Translations under genes and position numbers: made by a program
Shown: piece after piece, positions 29,434 through 39,381 of the stretch
Numbering within the stretch: the first letter of the stretch is position 1
Layout: every line of letters begins with the position of its first letter
The notes under the pieces: model-generated
The model's input: the letters and a program-made list of their open reading frames with translations, nothing else
What the model was told of the DNA's origin: nothing
The model's database searches: none
Source: Kiritimatiellia bacterium
Lineage (GTDB): Bacteria; Verrucomicrobiota; Kiritimatiellia; RFP12; UBA1067
Reading direction: 5' to 3'
Length of the DNA stretch: 64,000 nucleotides
Assembly (NCBI GenBank): GCA_050949565.1
Contig: JBMNFY010000006.1
Coordinates: forward strand, 32,001-96,000

Positions 29434-29578
29434 CATTGACGGGGGGCGTGGGGCGTGGGACAATCACGAACCATGAGAACCCGGAGGTGCGGGGACGGCG
29501 ACGGACGCCCCGCGTTCCTGCCGGTGCCGGCATGCAGATTTCTGGAGCCTGTGAAGAAAGAGAAAGAGGGATGAATCG

Positions 29579-31354
29579 ATGAGCCGTAAGGTTTTGTTGT
29601 CAGCAAATGAGGCGGTCGCATGGGCGGCCTGCAAGGCGGGTTGTGCTGTGGCGTCGGCCTATCCCGGAACGCCGAGTACCGAGATTCTTGAGCAAGTGGC
29701 GAAGTTCAAGGACTCGATCTACTGTGAGTGGGGCGTGAATGAAAAGGTCTCGATGGAGGTCGCCATCGGCGCCTCGATCGCTGGCGCACGTGCACTGACC
29801 GCCATGAAGCATGTGGGCCTCAATGTGGCGATGGATCCGCTGATGACCTACACGTATGTCGGCGCGAACGGCGGTCTGGTGGTGGTCACGGCCGACGACC
29901 CCGGCATGCACAGCTCGCAGAATGAGCAGGACTCGCGCAATCTGGTCAAGTTCGCGCGCGCCGCGCTCTTCGAGCCCGCCGACAGCCAGGAGACCTTTGA
30001 CATGGTGCAGGCCGCGTTCGAGGTCTCGGAGCAGTTTCAAGTGCCGGCGTTTGTACGGCTTTCGACCCGGACGTCGCACACCTCGACGGTCGTGGATGTC
30101 GGTGACGATTTCGGGCCGGGGTACCCGGAGCGCAAAGAGTACGTCAAGGATATTCGGCGCTACATCCCCGTTCCGATGTTTGCGCGTCCTCAGCGTCTGA
30201 AGGCGCAGGAGCGTACCGCTGCCTTGCGTGCTTTCGCCGGTGAGACGCCGTTCAACCGCGTCGAGCGCGGTGACGACCGTCTCGGCATCATCACCTCCGG
30301 CGTGACATACCAGTATGTGAAGGAGGTCTTCCCTGAGTTCAGCGTGCTCAAGCTGGGCTTCACCAATCCGTTGCCGATTGAGCAAGTCAAAGCGTTTGCG
30401 GCGAGTGTGGAGCGTGTACTGGTGATTGAGGAACTGGATCCGTTCCTAGAGGATCAGGTGCGGGCGTTGGGTATCAAGGTGGTCGAGCATGCGACCGAGT
30501 TGAACATGCACGAGATGAATCCGGTGCGCCTGACCGCGTTGCGCAAGGAGTTACTCGGCGATGTCGAACTGCCCGTCGTTACGCGTGCGGACGCTGGTCT
30601 GCCGACGCGTCCGCCGGTGCTCTGCGCCGGTTGCGGCCATCGCTCGGTCTTCTACACGCTGGCTAAGTTGGGCGCGACCGTTACGGGCGACATCGGATGC
30701 TACACGCTGGGCGCGTTTCCTCCGCTCAACGCGATGGACACCACGATTTGCATGGGGGCCTCCGTCGGCAATGCCTACGGTATGGAGAAAGCCGGTAAGA
30801 GCGGGCGTCTCTGCGCGGTGATCGGCGACTCGACCTTCTTCCACTCCGGCATGACCGGCATCCTGAACGTGCTCTACAACGGCGGCACGATCACCACGAT
30901 CGTGCTCGACAACCGCATTACCGGTATGACCGGCCATCAGGACAATCCGGGCTCCGGGCGTACCCTGCGTGGCGATCCCGCGCCGGTTACGGACATTGCA
31001 GAAATCGCCAAGGCGATGGGCTTCAAGCGCGTGGTGAGTGTAGATGCGTATGACATGGCCGCCTTGGAGCGCGTCCTCAAGGAGGAGCTGGATGCGCCCG
31101 AGCCGTCGGTCGTGATCGCCGGCGGCCCTTGCCGCATTGCCGCCAAGCTGACGAACGCCGGCACTTTCGAGGTGGACGCGGAGAAGTGCAAGGCCTGCGG
31201 TGCCTGCTTCAAGTTGGGCTGCCCCGCGATTGAGCGCGGCGAGCCGACGCCGGACGGCAAGCGGTTCAAGTCGCGCATCGATCCCGTGCAGTGCGCGGGA
31301 TGTACCATGTGCGAGCAATTGTGCAAATTTGGAGCGATCAAGCGGGTGCGGTAG
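29579..31354 (+). CDS. iorA: indolepyruvate ferredoxin oxidoreductase subunit alpha
   Basis: AYPGTPSTEI, NEKV, MKHVGLNVA, SSQNEQD, RPPVLCAGCGHR, GDIGCY, GDSTFFHSG and C-terminal 2x[4Fe-4S] motifs. Confidence 0.95.
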   Translation: MSRKVLLSANEAVAWAACKAGCAVASAYPGTPSTEILEQVAKFKDSIYCEWGVNEKVSMEVAIGASIAGARALTAMKHVGLNVAMDPLMTYTYVGANGGLVVVTADDPGMHSSQNEQDSRNLVKFARAALFEPADSQETFDMVQAAFEVSEQFQVPAFVRLSTRTSHTSTVVDVGDDFGPGYPERKEYVKDIRRYIPVPMFARPQRLKAQERTAALRAFAGETPFNRVERGDDRLGIITSGVTYQYVKEVFPEFSVLKLGFTNPLPIEQVKAFAASVERVLVIEELDPFLEDQVRALGIKVVEHATELNMHEMNPVRLTALRKELLGDVELPVVTRADAGLPTRPPVLCAGCGHRSVFYTLAKLGATVTGDIGCYTLGAFPPLNAMDTTICMGASVGNAYGMEKAGKSGRLCAVIGDSTFFHSGMTGILNVLYNGGTITTIVLDNRITGMTGHQDNPGSGRTLRGDPAPVTDIAEIAKAMGFKRVVSVDAYDMAALERVLKEELDAPEPSVVIAGGPCRIAAKLTNAGTFEVDAEKCKACGACFKLGCPAIERGEPTPDGKRFKSRIDPVQCAGCTMCEQLCKFGAIKRVR

Positions 31355-31374
31355 CCGATCACATTCTTCTTATT

Positions 31375-32490
31375 ATGGGTAAAAAAAAGACATTCAAATA
31401 TCCGCACGGGACGCCGATACGTACCGATATGGAACCGCTTTTGGCTTTTGCTAACGCCCATATCGGAAAGTTGCTGTCGGCTTCGCTGGTGTGCGAAATG
31501 GCGGATGTCGAATCGCCCAAAACGCATGACTGTTTGCTGCGCAACGGTGTGACTTTACTGACTCACCGTGAATGTCCGGGGTTGTTGCAAAACGGTCAGA
31601 TGCTTTTTTGGCCGGCAGATGATGATCGGCCAGAGGTGAGCAGTTCGAGCCCGCCTGTGTCGGCGTATGATCCTAATGACGGACGACGCTTTGTTCCAGA
31701 GCGTAAACTTAGGCTCAGCGATATCAAGAACACGCTTTTCGAAGGTGATTGTCTGGAGATATTGCCGTTTTTTCCCGATGCCTGCGTAGACATGGTGCTA
31801 TGTGATCTGCCTTACGGGACAACTCAAAACAAATGGGACAGTCTTATCCCTTTGGATCCACTTTGGGAGCAGTACCGCAGGATTCTTAAGCCGAGAGGTG
31901 TCGTGGTGTTAACCGCGCAGGGGATTTTCACTGCCAAAGTTATTTTGAGCAACGAGGCGTGGTTCAAATACAAAATCGTCTGGGAAAAATCCAAGCCGAC
32001 AAATTTCTTGAACGCCAAAAGACAGCCGCTCAGAAAACATGAAGATGTGTGTGTTTTTTATGCTAGGCAGCCGGTCTACAACCCGCAGATGAATAGTGGC
32101 GCACCGTACGATAAAGGAGTGCGGAAAAACCAGTTGTCCGGCAGCTACGGTGATTTCCAGCCAGCGCGTGTAAAGAGCAGCGGTACGCGCTATCCTACGG
32201 ACGTGGTCTATTTCAAAACAGCCGAGAGCGAAGGGCCGGTGTGGCATCCTACGCAGAAACCTGTGGAACTCGGACGGTATTTAATTCGGACGTTTACCGA
32301 GCCTGAAGCACTGGTGCTTGACAACGCATTTGGGAGCGGGAGTTTTCTTGTCGCTGCTGCGCTGGAAGGGCGGAGTTATACCGGCATCGAACGCAATCAG
32401 GATGTGCATTTGTTCAAAAAGGTTCAAGTTGATTACGTGGGGGTCGCGCGCGAGCGAATCAGAAGTATAACGGCAAAAAAACAAAAATGA
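31375..32490 (+). CDS. site-specific DNA methyltransferase (N6/N4 family, beta class) with N-terminal extension
   Basis: GDCLE, LCDLPYG (motif IV), HPTQKP, VLDNAFGSGS (motif I); AT-richer than flanks. Confidence 0.88.
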   Translation: MGKKKTFKYPHGTPIRTDMEPLLAFANAHIGKLLSASLVCEMADVESPKTHDCLLRNGVTLLTHRECPGLLQNGQMLFWPADDDRPEVSSSSPPVSAYDPNDGRRFVPERKLRLSDIKNTLFEGDCLEILPFFPDACVDMVLCDLPYGTTQNKWDSLIPLDPLWEQYRRILKPRGVVVLTAQGIFTAKVILSNEAWFKYKIVWEKSKPTNFLNAKRQPLRKHEDVCVFYARQPVYNPQMNSGAPYDKGVRKNQLSGSYGDFQPARVKSSGTRYPTDVVYFKTAESEGPVWHPTQKPVELGRYLIRTFTEPEALVLDNAFGSGSFLVAAALEGRSYTGIERNQDVHLFKKVQVDYVGVARERIRSITAKKQK

Positions 32491-32497
32491 CACCACG

Positions 32498-35257
32498 ATG
32501 AGAAAACGTACTACATCTTACAACGAACGTGCGTGGGCGATTGACGTGATCAATGAAATCAATCGCTGGGCGGAAATGCGTTCGCGTGCAGTGCGTTCTG
32601 CGGGCGGCGAATGGGGGCTCGCGTCGAGTGAAAAGGGAAATACGTTATTTCCGGATGTGTTACTCTTTGGCGATGCGGCAAAGAATGCTGTGTTACAGGG
32701 ATGGGAACTCAAGATGCCCGATACGCCTGTAACAGACCGTACCTTAATTGACAACGCCAGACAAAAGGCGACTCGGTTAGGTCTGAGTTCGTTTCTTGTA
32801 TGGAATGCGGTAGATGCCGCGTTGCACAGGATTGAAGGCGAAGACAGCGTTGTTATGCGCACTTGGCGGTGCGATAAAATCAGGAGGCGTGATGACGTTC
32901 AACACAATTGTGACGAATGGCGCAAAACCCTCCTGCAGATTCTCGACGATGTGTGTGATTTTGTAGAAAGAGATGATATTTCTCGTTGTAAACCGCTACC
33001 CGAAAAGTTAAACGATGTGGTGGCCGCTATTCTATCGGACACGGTGGGGGTTGTCTCAGATCGTTTAAATGCCGAATACCGCTGTTCAAAGCGTTGGCGG
33101 ACACATGTTGATTCTTGGTGGGCGGATGTAAAAGCGGCACATGACGAAAAACATCTTGCAGTTAATGACGCAACTTGTTTTTCCTTTCTTGCGTCCGAAA
33201 TTCTATTGCATTGGATACATCGCTTTCTGTTTGCTCATTACTTGAAAAGATTTTCCAAGGAAGCAGTCAGCGTCGAGAATTTGATAGGAACGGCCACCAT
33301 TCAAGATGCGGAACATTTTTTCTTGGAACTGTCGATGAGGCGAGACTATGCGCAGGTCTTCGGTACTAGACAAGGAGCCGCATTGCTTCCTGACGCCGCT
33401 TGGCGGTCCTTATTGGCATTCAATAGCTTCCTGAACGCTGTGAGGTTGTCTGACATCAGTCAGGATTTGTATCACGAGTCGTTGCAGTCGGTTGTCCGTG
33501 CAAGCCAACGTAAGCTGTCTGGACAATTCTGTACGCCTATTAAACTGGCCCGGCTATTGGTTGCGCTTACTGTCGATAACCTCGAAAAACCTGTTCTTGA
33601 TCCTTGTTGCGGAACAGGGACTATCGCTCGGGCGGTGTTAGATTTGAAAACCAGCGTCGGCATTCCTACGGTAGAGGCAACCAAAACAACCTTTGCCTCT
33701 GACCTTCACCCCATGCCTCTACAATTTGCGACGTTGGCGCTTGCTTCCGGCGACTCGCCGTTTGAAACGATCCGCGTATTTCAGCGTGATGTTTTTGAAA
33801 TTAGAACCGGAGAAGATATATGTTTTGTGGATGCTCGAACCGGTCAGAAATGTAAAGAAAAATTGCCGGAGTTTACATGCATTGTTATGAATCCGCCGTT
33901 TATTCGGTTTGAAAATTGGATGAAAAGTCCGATTGTCAGACAACTTAACGAAAAGATTTTAGTTGATACAGGCGTTCCTATCGACGCTAAAGCGGATTAT
34001 TTTGTGCCCGTTACACTTGCCGCAAGCAGACTGCTTCCGCCTGATGGGCGGTTGGGCGTAATTTTCCCCAACACATGGCTCGGCGCTGGGTGGGCAAAAA
34101 CATTCAGGGCTCAAATTCTTTCGTTATTTGCTGTGGAGACGATTGTCACATCCGGTAATGGTCGGTGGTTTGCCGATGCGAAGATTGTCACACAACTTGT
34201 CGTTATGCGGAAGCGTCGACAAGGAGAATGTGCTCAAGATTCCGACGAAACAGTTTTCGCAGTTACCCAAAATCCGGTCGCTCATTGGACGGCAGATTTG
34301 GCTGTCAGCTTGAATAGCAACTCGTCAACAGACCAATCCGGAGTTGTGTCCCGTTTTAAGCTGACGCATTCGCGAATCCGGAAGCTGGAAAGTTCCGGGT
34401 TGAGTTGGGCGGCATTTTTTGTGGATTTAGCTTGGTTTGATCAGGTTGAGCCGTCACTTGTTCGCATCTGTAAGCATTTCACGGTGGCTCGTGGAGAACG
34501 CAGAGGTTGGGATCCTTTGTTTTATCCACCTGCAGACTGTGGCGTCGAAAAAGATTATCTCCGTCCTGTCCTGAAAACATCAGCATCTGTGAGGCGCTTG
34601 CAGGCAGCCCCAGACGCTTTTGCGTTCTGTTGTTCAAAAACTCTTGATGAATTGAGCGCTTTGGGTCATCGAGGTGCTTTGTCTTGGATCAGAAAGTTCG
34701 AGCGTGCTGTTAATAAAAAGGGGAAGCCTTTGGCCGAGGTTTTAAAGCGTTCTGGACAGCACTGGTATGAAATGCGTCCTGATACTGTTGCCGACCTGGC
34801 GGTTTCTATCAATCCAGGTTCTCGTCTGTTTTTCATTCGATTGACTGAGCGGGCGTTTACCAATCAACGATTGACGCGGCTTGCAGCTCGAAAAACCACT
34901 GATCTTGATTTGTGTCACGCTTTGCTTTGTTCCTTCATGGGATGCTTTTATTTGGAGGCTATCGGATTCGGTCGCGGATTAGGGGCTCTGGATTTGAGCG
35001 CAACGCGAGTTCGAGACCAATTTTGGATGCTTGATCCTGATCGAGTGACTCCAGTACATCGAAAGCGTATACTTGCGGCATTCGATAAGTTGAAAAGACG
35101 AGATGTTTTTGACCTTGAAAAGGAAGCGGCACAGACCGACCGTAGACAATTTGAAGAATCTGTCTTGGCCGCATTTGGATTGAAAGAGATTCTTCCAGAC
35201 CTTGAGAAGGCGTTGTTGACGCTTTACCGTATTCGAAATTGTGTTAAAAAGGATTGA
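32498..35257 (+). CDS. type IIG-like restriction endonuclease-methyltransferase fusion
   Basis: N-terminal PD...ELK (FPDVLLF...GWELK), GQFCTP, VLDPCCGTG, MNPPF (gamma class), C-terminal TRD-like region. Confidence 0.78.
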   Translation: MRKRTTSYNERAWAIDVINEINRWAEMRSRAVRSAGGEWGLASSEKGNTLFPDVLLFGDAAKNAVLQGWELKMPDTPVTDRTLIDNARQKATRLGLSSFLVWNAVDAALHRIEGEDSVVMRTWRCDKIRRRDDVQHNCDEWRKTLLQILDDVCDFVERDDISRCKPLPEKLNDVVAAILSDTVGVVSDRLNAEYRCSKRWRTHVDSWWADVKAAHDEKHLAVNDATCFSFLASEILLHWIHRFLFAHYLKRFSKEAVSVENLIGTATIQDAEHFFLELSMRRDYAQVFGTRQGAALLPDAAWRSLLAFNSFLNAVRLSDISQDLYHESLQSVVRASQRKLSGQFCTPIKLARLLVALTVDNLEKPVLDPCCGTGTIARAVLDLKTSVGIPTVEATKTTFASDLHPMPLQFATLALASGDSPFETIRVFQRDVFEIRTGEDICFVDARTGQKCKEKLPEFTCIVMNPPFIRFENWMKSPIVRQLNEKILVDTGVPIDAKADYFVPVTLAASRLLPPDGRLGVIFPNTWLGAGWAKTFRAQILSLFAVETIVTSGNGRWFADAKIVTQLVVMRKRRQGECAQDSDETVFAVTQNPVAHWTADLAVSLNSNSSTDQSGVVSRFKLTHSRIRKLESSGLSWAAFFVDLAWFDQVEPSLVRICKHFTVARGERRGWDPLFYPPADCGVEKDYLRPVLKTSASVRRLQAAPDAFAFCCSKTLDELSALGHRGALSWIRKFERAVNKKGKPLAEVLKRSGQHWYEMRPDTVADLAVSINPGSRLFFIRLTERAFTNQRLTRLAARKTTDLDLCHALLCSFMGCFYLEAIGFGRGLGALDLSATRVRDQFWMLDPDRVTPVHRKRILAAFDKLKRRDVFDLEKEAAQTDRRQFEESVLAAFGLKEILPDLEKALLTLYRIRNCVKKD

Positions 35258-35258
35258 A

Positions 35259-35297
35259 GGAGAAGAGCATGGGAGAAGAGCATGGGAGAAGAGCATG
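35259..35297 (+). repeat. three tandem copies of 13 bp GGAGAAGAGCATG (RBS + ATG)
   Basis: Exact copies at 35259, 35272 and 35285; the last ATG starts iorB. Confidence 0.9.
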
Positions 35298-35891
35298 AGT
35301 GAGAAAGTCACAAACGTTTCTTTAGTGGGCGTGGGCGGTCAGGGCATTCTGCTCACCAGCGATATTCTGGCGCGGACAGCGGCGTTGGCCGGACTGGATG
35401 TGAAGAAGAGCGAGATCCACGGGATGGCGCAGCGCGGCGGCAGTGTGATCAGTCAGGTGCGCTTCGGCGAAAAAGTGTACTCGCCGATCATCCCGGACGG
35501 CGCCAGCAACCTGCTGGTTGCGTTCGAGCGGCTGGAGGCCCTGCGTTGGCGGCATCTGCTCGCGGCGGACGGCAAGGTGCTGATCAACGACATGAACATG
35601 ACGCCGGTCACGGTTTCGAGCGGTCAGCAGGCGGCGGTGACGGATCTGGATGACCGCCTGCGCACTGAATATCCGTCCGCGCTGTATGTTGACGCGCTGA
35701 CGATCGCCAAGGAGATGGGCAACACGCGCACGATGAACATGGTGTTGGCGGGTGCGCTCTCGACTCTGACGCCGTTCAGCGCCGAGTTGTGGCAACAGGC
35801 GATGCGTGAGCGCATCGCGGCCAAGTTCATTGATCTGAACCTCAAGGCGTTTGAGGCGGGACGCGCACGCGGCGCGGCGTCGGCGTCCTGA
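35295..35891 (+). CDS. iorB: indolepyruvate ferredoxin oxidoreductase subunit beta
   Basis: GVGGQGIL, SEIHGMAQRGGSV, FERLEALR and NLKAFEAG. Confidence 0.95.
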   Translation: MSEKVTNVSLVGVGGQGILLTSDILARTAALAGLDVKKSEIHGMAQRGGSVISQVRFGEKVYSPIIPDGASNLLVAFERLEALRWRHLLAADGKVLINDMNMTPVTVSSGQQAAVTDLDDRLRTEYPSALYVDALTIAKEMGNTRTMNMVLAGALSTLTPFSAELWQQAMRERIAAKFIDLNLKAFEAGRARGAASAS

Positions 35892-35899
35892 ATAGAGCC

Positions 35900-36349
35900 G
35901 TGTTCGCGCGACTCCTCCAGTTCGTGAAAGGACGCCGCAGCGAGCGGCGCGACCTGCCGCGTTCGGCGGTGGTGGGCACTTGGGGTGAAGAGCGCGCGGC
36001 GGCGTTTCTCAAGGCGGCTGGCTTTTCGATCATCGGACGGAATGTGCGTCCGAATCGTCGCGATGAGATCGATCTGGTGGTGCGTCGCGGCGACACGCTC
36101 GTGTTCGTCGAGGTCAAGACGCGGCGGCGCGAGGATTTCGGTCGGCCGCTCTCTGCGATCGACGCCCGTGAGCGCCACGCGCTGAATCGCGCGGCGGCGG
36201 CTTTCGTGCGCAGGGCGGGCTATCCGCGCCTCTACTTTCGCTTTGATGTGGTCGAGGTGCTGGGCCAGCCGGAGGAGGGTGAGCCGCTGATCCGGCATGT
36301 TGAAAATGCCTTTCCGTTTGAACCGCGTCTGCGCTTCTCACGGCAATAG
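35900..36349 (+). CDS. YraN family (UPF0102) putative endonuclease
   Basis: GTWGEERAAAFL, EIDLV, VFVEVKTR, RFDVV and HVENAF. Confidence 0.92.
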   Translation: MFARLLQFVKGRRSERRDLPRSAVVGTWGEERAAAFLKAAGFSIIGRNVRPNRRDEIDLVVRRGDTLVFVEVKTRRREDFGRPLSAIDARERHALNRAAAAFVRRAGYPRLYFRFDVVEVLGQPEEGEPLIRHVENAFPFEPRLRFSRQ

Positions 36350-36358
36350 GAGAATGGT

Positions 36359-39300
36359 ATGCAAAGAGGATCGAAGACGGGGTGGATCGCGCGGGTTGCG
36401 GTTGCGGGCTGTGTGGTGTGGGTGTCGGCGTGCCGCTTGCTGGATACGCCGAAGGCGGATGCCTGGATGGAGCAGGCGCGGTCATACGCCCTGACGCCCG
36501 CAACCGATTGGGTGTATCCGGTCGGGATCCTGCGCAGCGAGGGCGCGGTGGAGGGGGCGGAGCATCTGCTGGCCGAGGATGGCGTGAGCTGTCGGCTGGT
36601 TTACGAGAACGGTGCACCCAAACCGGTGGTGATTCTCGACTTCGGGCGGCAGAGCGTCGGCGGATATGCGGTCTTTACGGTGACGGCGGATCTGGGTGCG
36701 CCGGTGGTGCGGCTCTCCTATGCGTGTCATCCCGACGGGCTTTCGGAGACCGGTTGTTTCACACGCTCGACCAGTGCCCGCTACCTCGGCCCGACACTTG
36801 ACCTGCCGATTCTGCCGGCGAATGTCTACCGGCATGAGACTTACACGATACCGCGTGCCGGACGCTTCATCGCGCCGCTGATCCAGGGCCAGACCCGGTA
36901 TGTCAGGCTCCAGCTCGATACGCCCGGCACCGAGGTCAGCATCGACGCCGTGGCGATGGTGAACAGCGAGGTGTATGACCGCACGCCGCACGACGGGCTC
37001 TTCCTGTGCAGCGACGAGCGTCTGAACCGGCTGTGGGCGATCAGCACATGGACGTTGCAGATTGCCTCATTTCCGAATCACGATGCCTGGAAGTGCGTGG
37101 ACGGCTGGCTGTTGCCGCGCAAGTTGGAGCAGGCCGAAGAGGTCGGGCTGAGCCGCGACGGCGCGTCGTGGGGCGACGTGCGGATCGAGACGACCTTCGA
37201 GCTGCGCACCAATCCCGATCATGTATCGGCGGCCGGAATCGCCTTCCGTGCGGCGGACGCGCGCAACGCCTATCTGGCGGAGGTCGATCTCGATGGCGTG
37301 GTGAAGTTGCTGGCGCGGCAGGACGGACGCGATCGCGTGTTGTGCGAACGCCGTTTGTCTGGGCCGTTGCTGGACGGCTTGCGCTACAAGTTGGAGGTCG
37401 AGGCGTTCGGGCCGATGTTGGTGGTGCGGTTGGATGATGTCGAAGTGGCGCGTGTCGAGGACGACACTTTCGCGAACGGACGCGTGGGCTTCTACACGCC
37501 TAAAGAGAAGTGGCCGCTCTTCGACGACATCCGGGTGACGAATGCCCGCGGGCGTGTGCTGTTGAAGGACGATTTTTCGCGCGGGCTCGACCAATGGGAC
37601 TTCGCGCGTACGCTGCCGTTCGTGGCAGACGGCGCGAAGCGCGACCGGCTGGTCTGGTCGGGCGACCTTTACTTCGCGCAGCGCAGCGCGTATTACGCTT
37701 CGGCGCAGCCCGTCTATATGCGCGACTCGCTGCGCATGCTCGCTTTCAATCAGACGGCGGACGGATACGTGCACGCCTCGCCTTATCCCGAGCGTAGCGT
37801 GCCGCCGGCACGCGACGATTTCGGGCCGTTCCCCTCGGATGAGTTCGCGGCGTGGCTGGTGCCGGTGGCGTGGGATCACCTGCTCTACACCGGCGACCGC
37901 GAAACGCTCCGCGAACTCTGGCCGGCGATCCAGCGGTTGCTGAGTTATCTGGAGGCGCACATCGGGGGTGACGGCCTGTTTCAACAGCGACCGGAGACCT
38001 CCAAGCACGCCTGCAACTTGAATCTGGGCGATGTCCGCAAGCGCGCTTACATGAATCTCTTGCTGTGCGCGGTCTTCAGGGATGCCGCGCGCATCGCCGA
38101 TGAACTCGAGTTGCCGGACGAGGCGGCGATCGCACGGCGTCGCGAGGCGTCGCTCAGGAATGCGCTCGACCGTCATCTGTGGGACGAGGCCGGTGGATTT
38201 TACCGAGAGGCGGTTGAGACACCGCGCTTCGGAGCGGAGGCCAACGCGCTTGCGTTGTCGTTGGGGTTGGTTTCACCTGAGCGGGCGCGACGCATCGCGC
38301 CGCAGTTCAAAAAAATCGGTCACGGCAAGTTCCAGAGTCTAGCCAGCCGCGGCCGTTTCGAGTACGGCTTTGCGCAGTCCGGTTTGCAGATGCTCTTCGA
38401 TCACAACTGGTTCAAGTTGCTGGACGATGAGTGGAAAGGCGCCTGGACCACGACCGAATGCATGGGCTTGATGAGGAAAGGGTGGGGGGATGAGTCGCAT
38501 CCCGATACCGCGATCGCGCATCACTTCAGCGCCTACCTGCTGGGAGTCGCGCCGCTTGAGCCGGGGTTCCGCCGCTTCCGCGTGCGGCCGCAGGTGACAC
38601 GCGAGGTGAGTTGGGCCAAGGGCCTCGTGCCGACACCGCACGGCGCTGTACGCTGCGAATGGGAACTCACGAACGACACGCTCGAACTGTTGCTGACCGT
38701 GCCGAAAGGGACACGGGCAGACATCGCCCTGCCGGGATGCCTGCGTGTGACGGTTAATGGCTGTGTGCGCGTCCCGACCGATTTGCCGGCCGGTAGCTAT
38801 CGCGTGGTCGCGGAAGGGGTATCGGCCGAGGCGTGGCACGATCCGACGCTTCGGCGCTCGACGACAGACCGGCAGCTCGCCTACTCCGCCAAGGCCTCCA
38901 GCTCGCATGAGATGGGCGGGTGGGGGATCGCCCATCTTTTTGCGCCGGATCAGGACGGTGCTAAGGGATACAGTTCGAAGGCCCACGCCACGGCCGATGC
39001 CGAGGAGTGGATCGAGATCGATCTGGGTGAAGAGCGCACGCTGGGGCAGCTTGTGTTGGTGCCGCGTCGCGATGTAGTCGGTACGGACGGCTCGGCGGCG
39101 GGCTTCCCGCGCGCGTTCACGGTCGAGTTGGCAAAAGAGCCCGGTGCCTACACAACGATCAAAAAAGTGGACGACACCCCAACCCTCGGCGAAGACGGGT
39201 TAACGATCGACCTCTACTCGGTGATCGGTTATCCCGCCGCGCGATACATTCGGATCGCCGCCACGCGTTTAGGCGCGCCGGCGAGCGACGAGGCGGGACG

Positions 39301-39364
39301 CTACCGCTTGCAGTTCGCGCGTGTGCGGGTACTCCGACCCGAAGAGTTGCGCAAACAACCGTAA
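36359..39364 (+). CDS. GH78-like (alpha-L-rhamnosidase family) lipoprotein with an inserted lectin-like domain and a C-terminal F5/8 (CBM32-like) domain
   Basis: Lipobox VSAC; SDERLNRLW, DGAKRDRLVWSGD, LLGVAPLEPGFRRFRVRP, VPTPHG; C-terminal EWIEIDLG...PR...GFP...ARYIRI. Confidence 0.78.
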   Translation: MQRGSKTGWIARVAVAGCVVWVSACRLLDTPKADAWMEQARSYALTPATDWVYPVGILRSEGAVEGAEHLLAEDGVSCRLVYENGAPKPVVILDFGRQSVGGYAVFTVTADLGAPVVRLSYACHPDGLSETGCFTRSTSARYLGPTLDLPILPANVYRHETYTIPRAGRFIAPLIQGQTRYVRLQLDTPGTEVSIDAVAMVNSEVYDRTPHDGLFLCSDERLNRLWAISTWTLQIASFPNHDAWKCVDGWLLPRKLEQAEEVGLSRDGASWGDVRIETTFELRTNPDHVSAAGIAFRAADARNAYLAEVDLDGVVKLLARQDGRDRVLCERRLSGPLLDGLRYKLEVEAFGPMLVVRLDDVEVARVEDDTFANGRVGFYTPKEKWPLFDDIRVTNARGRVLLKDDFSRGLDQWDFARTLPFVADGAKRDRLVWSGDLYFAQRSAYYASAQPVYMRDSLRMLAFNQTADGYVHASPYPERSVPPARDDFGPFPSDEFAAWLVPVAWDHLLYTGDRETLRELWPAIQRLLSYLEAHIGGDGLFQQRPETSKHACNLNLGDVRKRAYMNLLLCAVFRDAARIADELELPDEAAIARRREASLRNALDRHLWDEAGGFYREAVETPRFGAEANALALSLGLVSPERARRIAPQFKKIGHGKFQSLASRGRFEYGFAQSGLQMLFDHNWFKLLDDEWKGAWTTTECMGLMRKGWGDESHPDTAIAHHFSAYLLGVAPLEPGFRRFRVRPQVTREVSWAKGLVPTPHGAVRCEWELTNDTLELLLTVPKGTRADIALPGCLRVTVNGCVRVPTDLPAGSYRVVAEGVSAEAWHDPTLRRSTTDRQLAYSAKASSSHEMGGWGIAHLFAPDQDGAKGYSSKAHATADAEEWIEIDLGEERTLGQLVLVPRRDVVGTDGSAAGFPRAFTVELAKEPGAYTTIKKVDDTPTLGEDGLTIDLYSVIGYPAARYIRIAATRLGAPASDEAGRYRLQFARVRVLRPEELRKQP

Positions 39365-39381
39365 TTTGTAAAGGAGCAGTC

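Noticed and set aside
29465-29578. Possible riboswitch in the GC-rich iorA leader
   Set aside because: Hairpins are possible but I recognise no conserved riboswitch motif (e.g. TPP); an Rfam scan would be needed.
29316-35257. tRNA-His as the integration site of the R-M module
   Set aside because: iorA lies between them, and no duplicated tRNA 3' end or integrase is visible.
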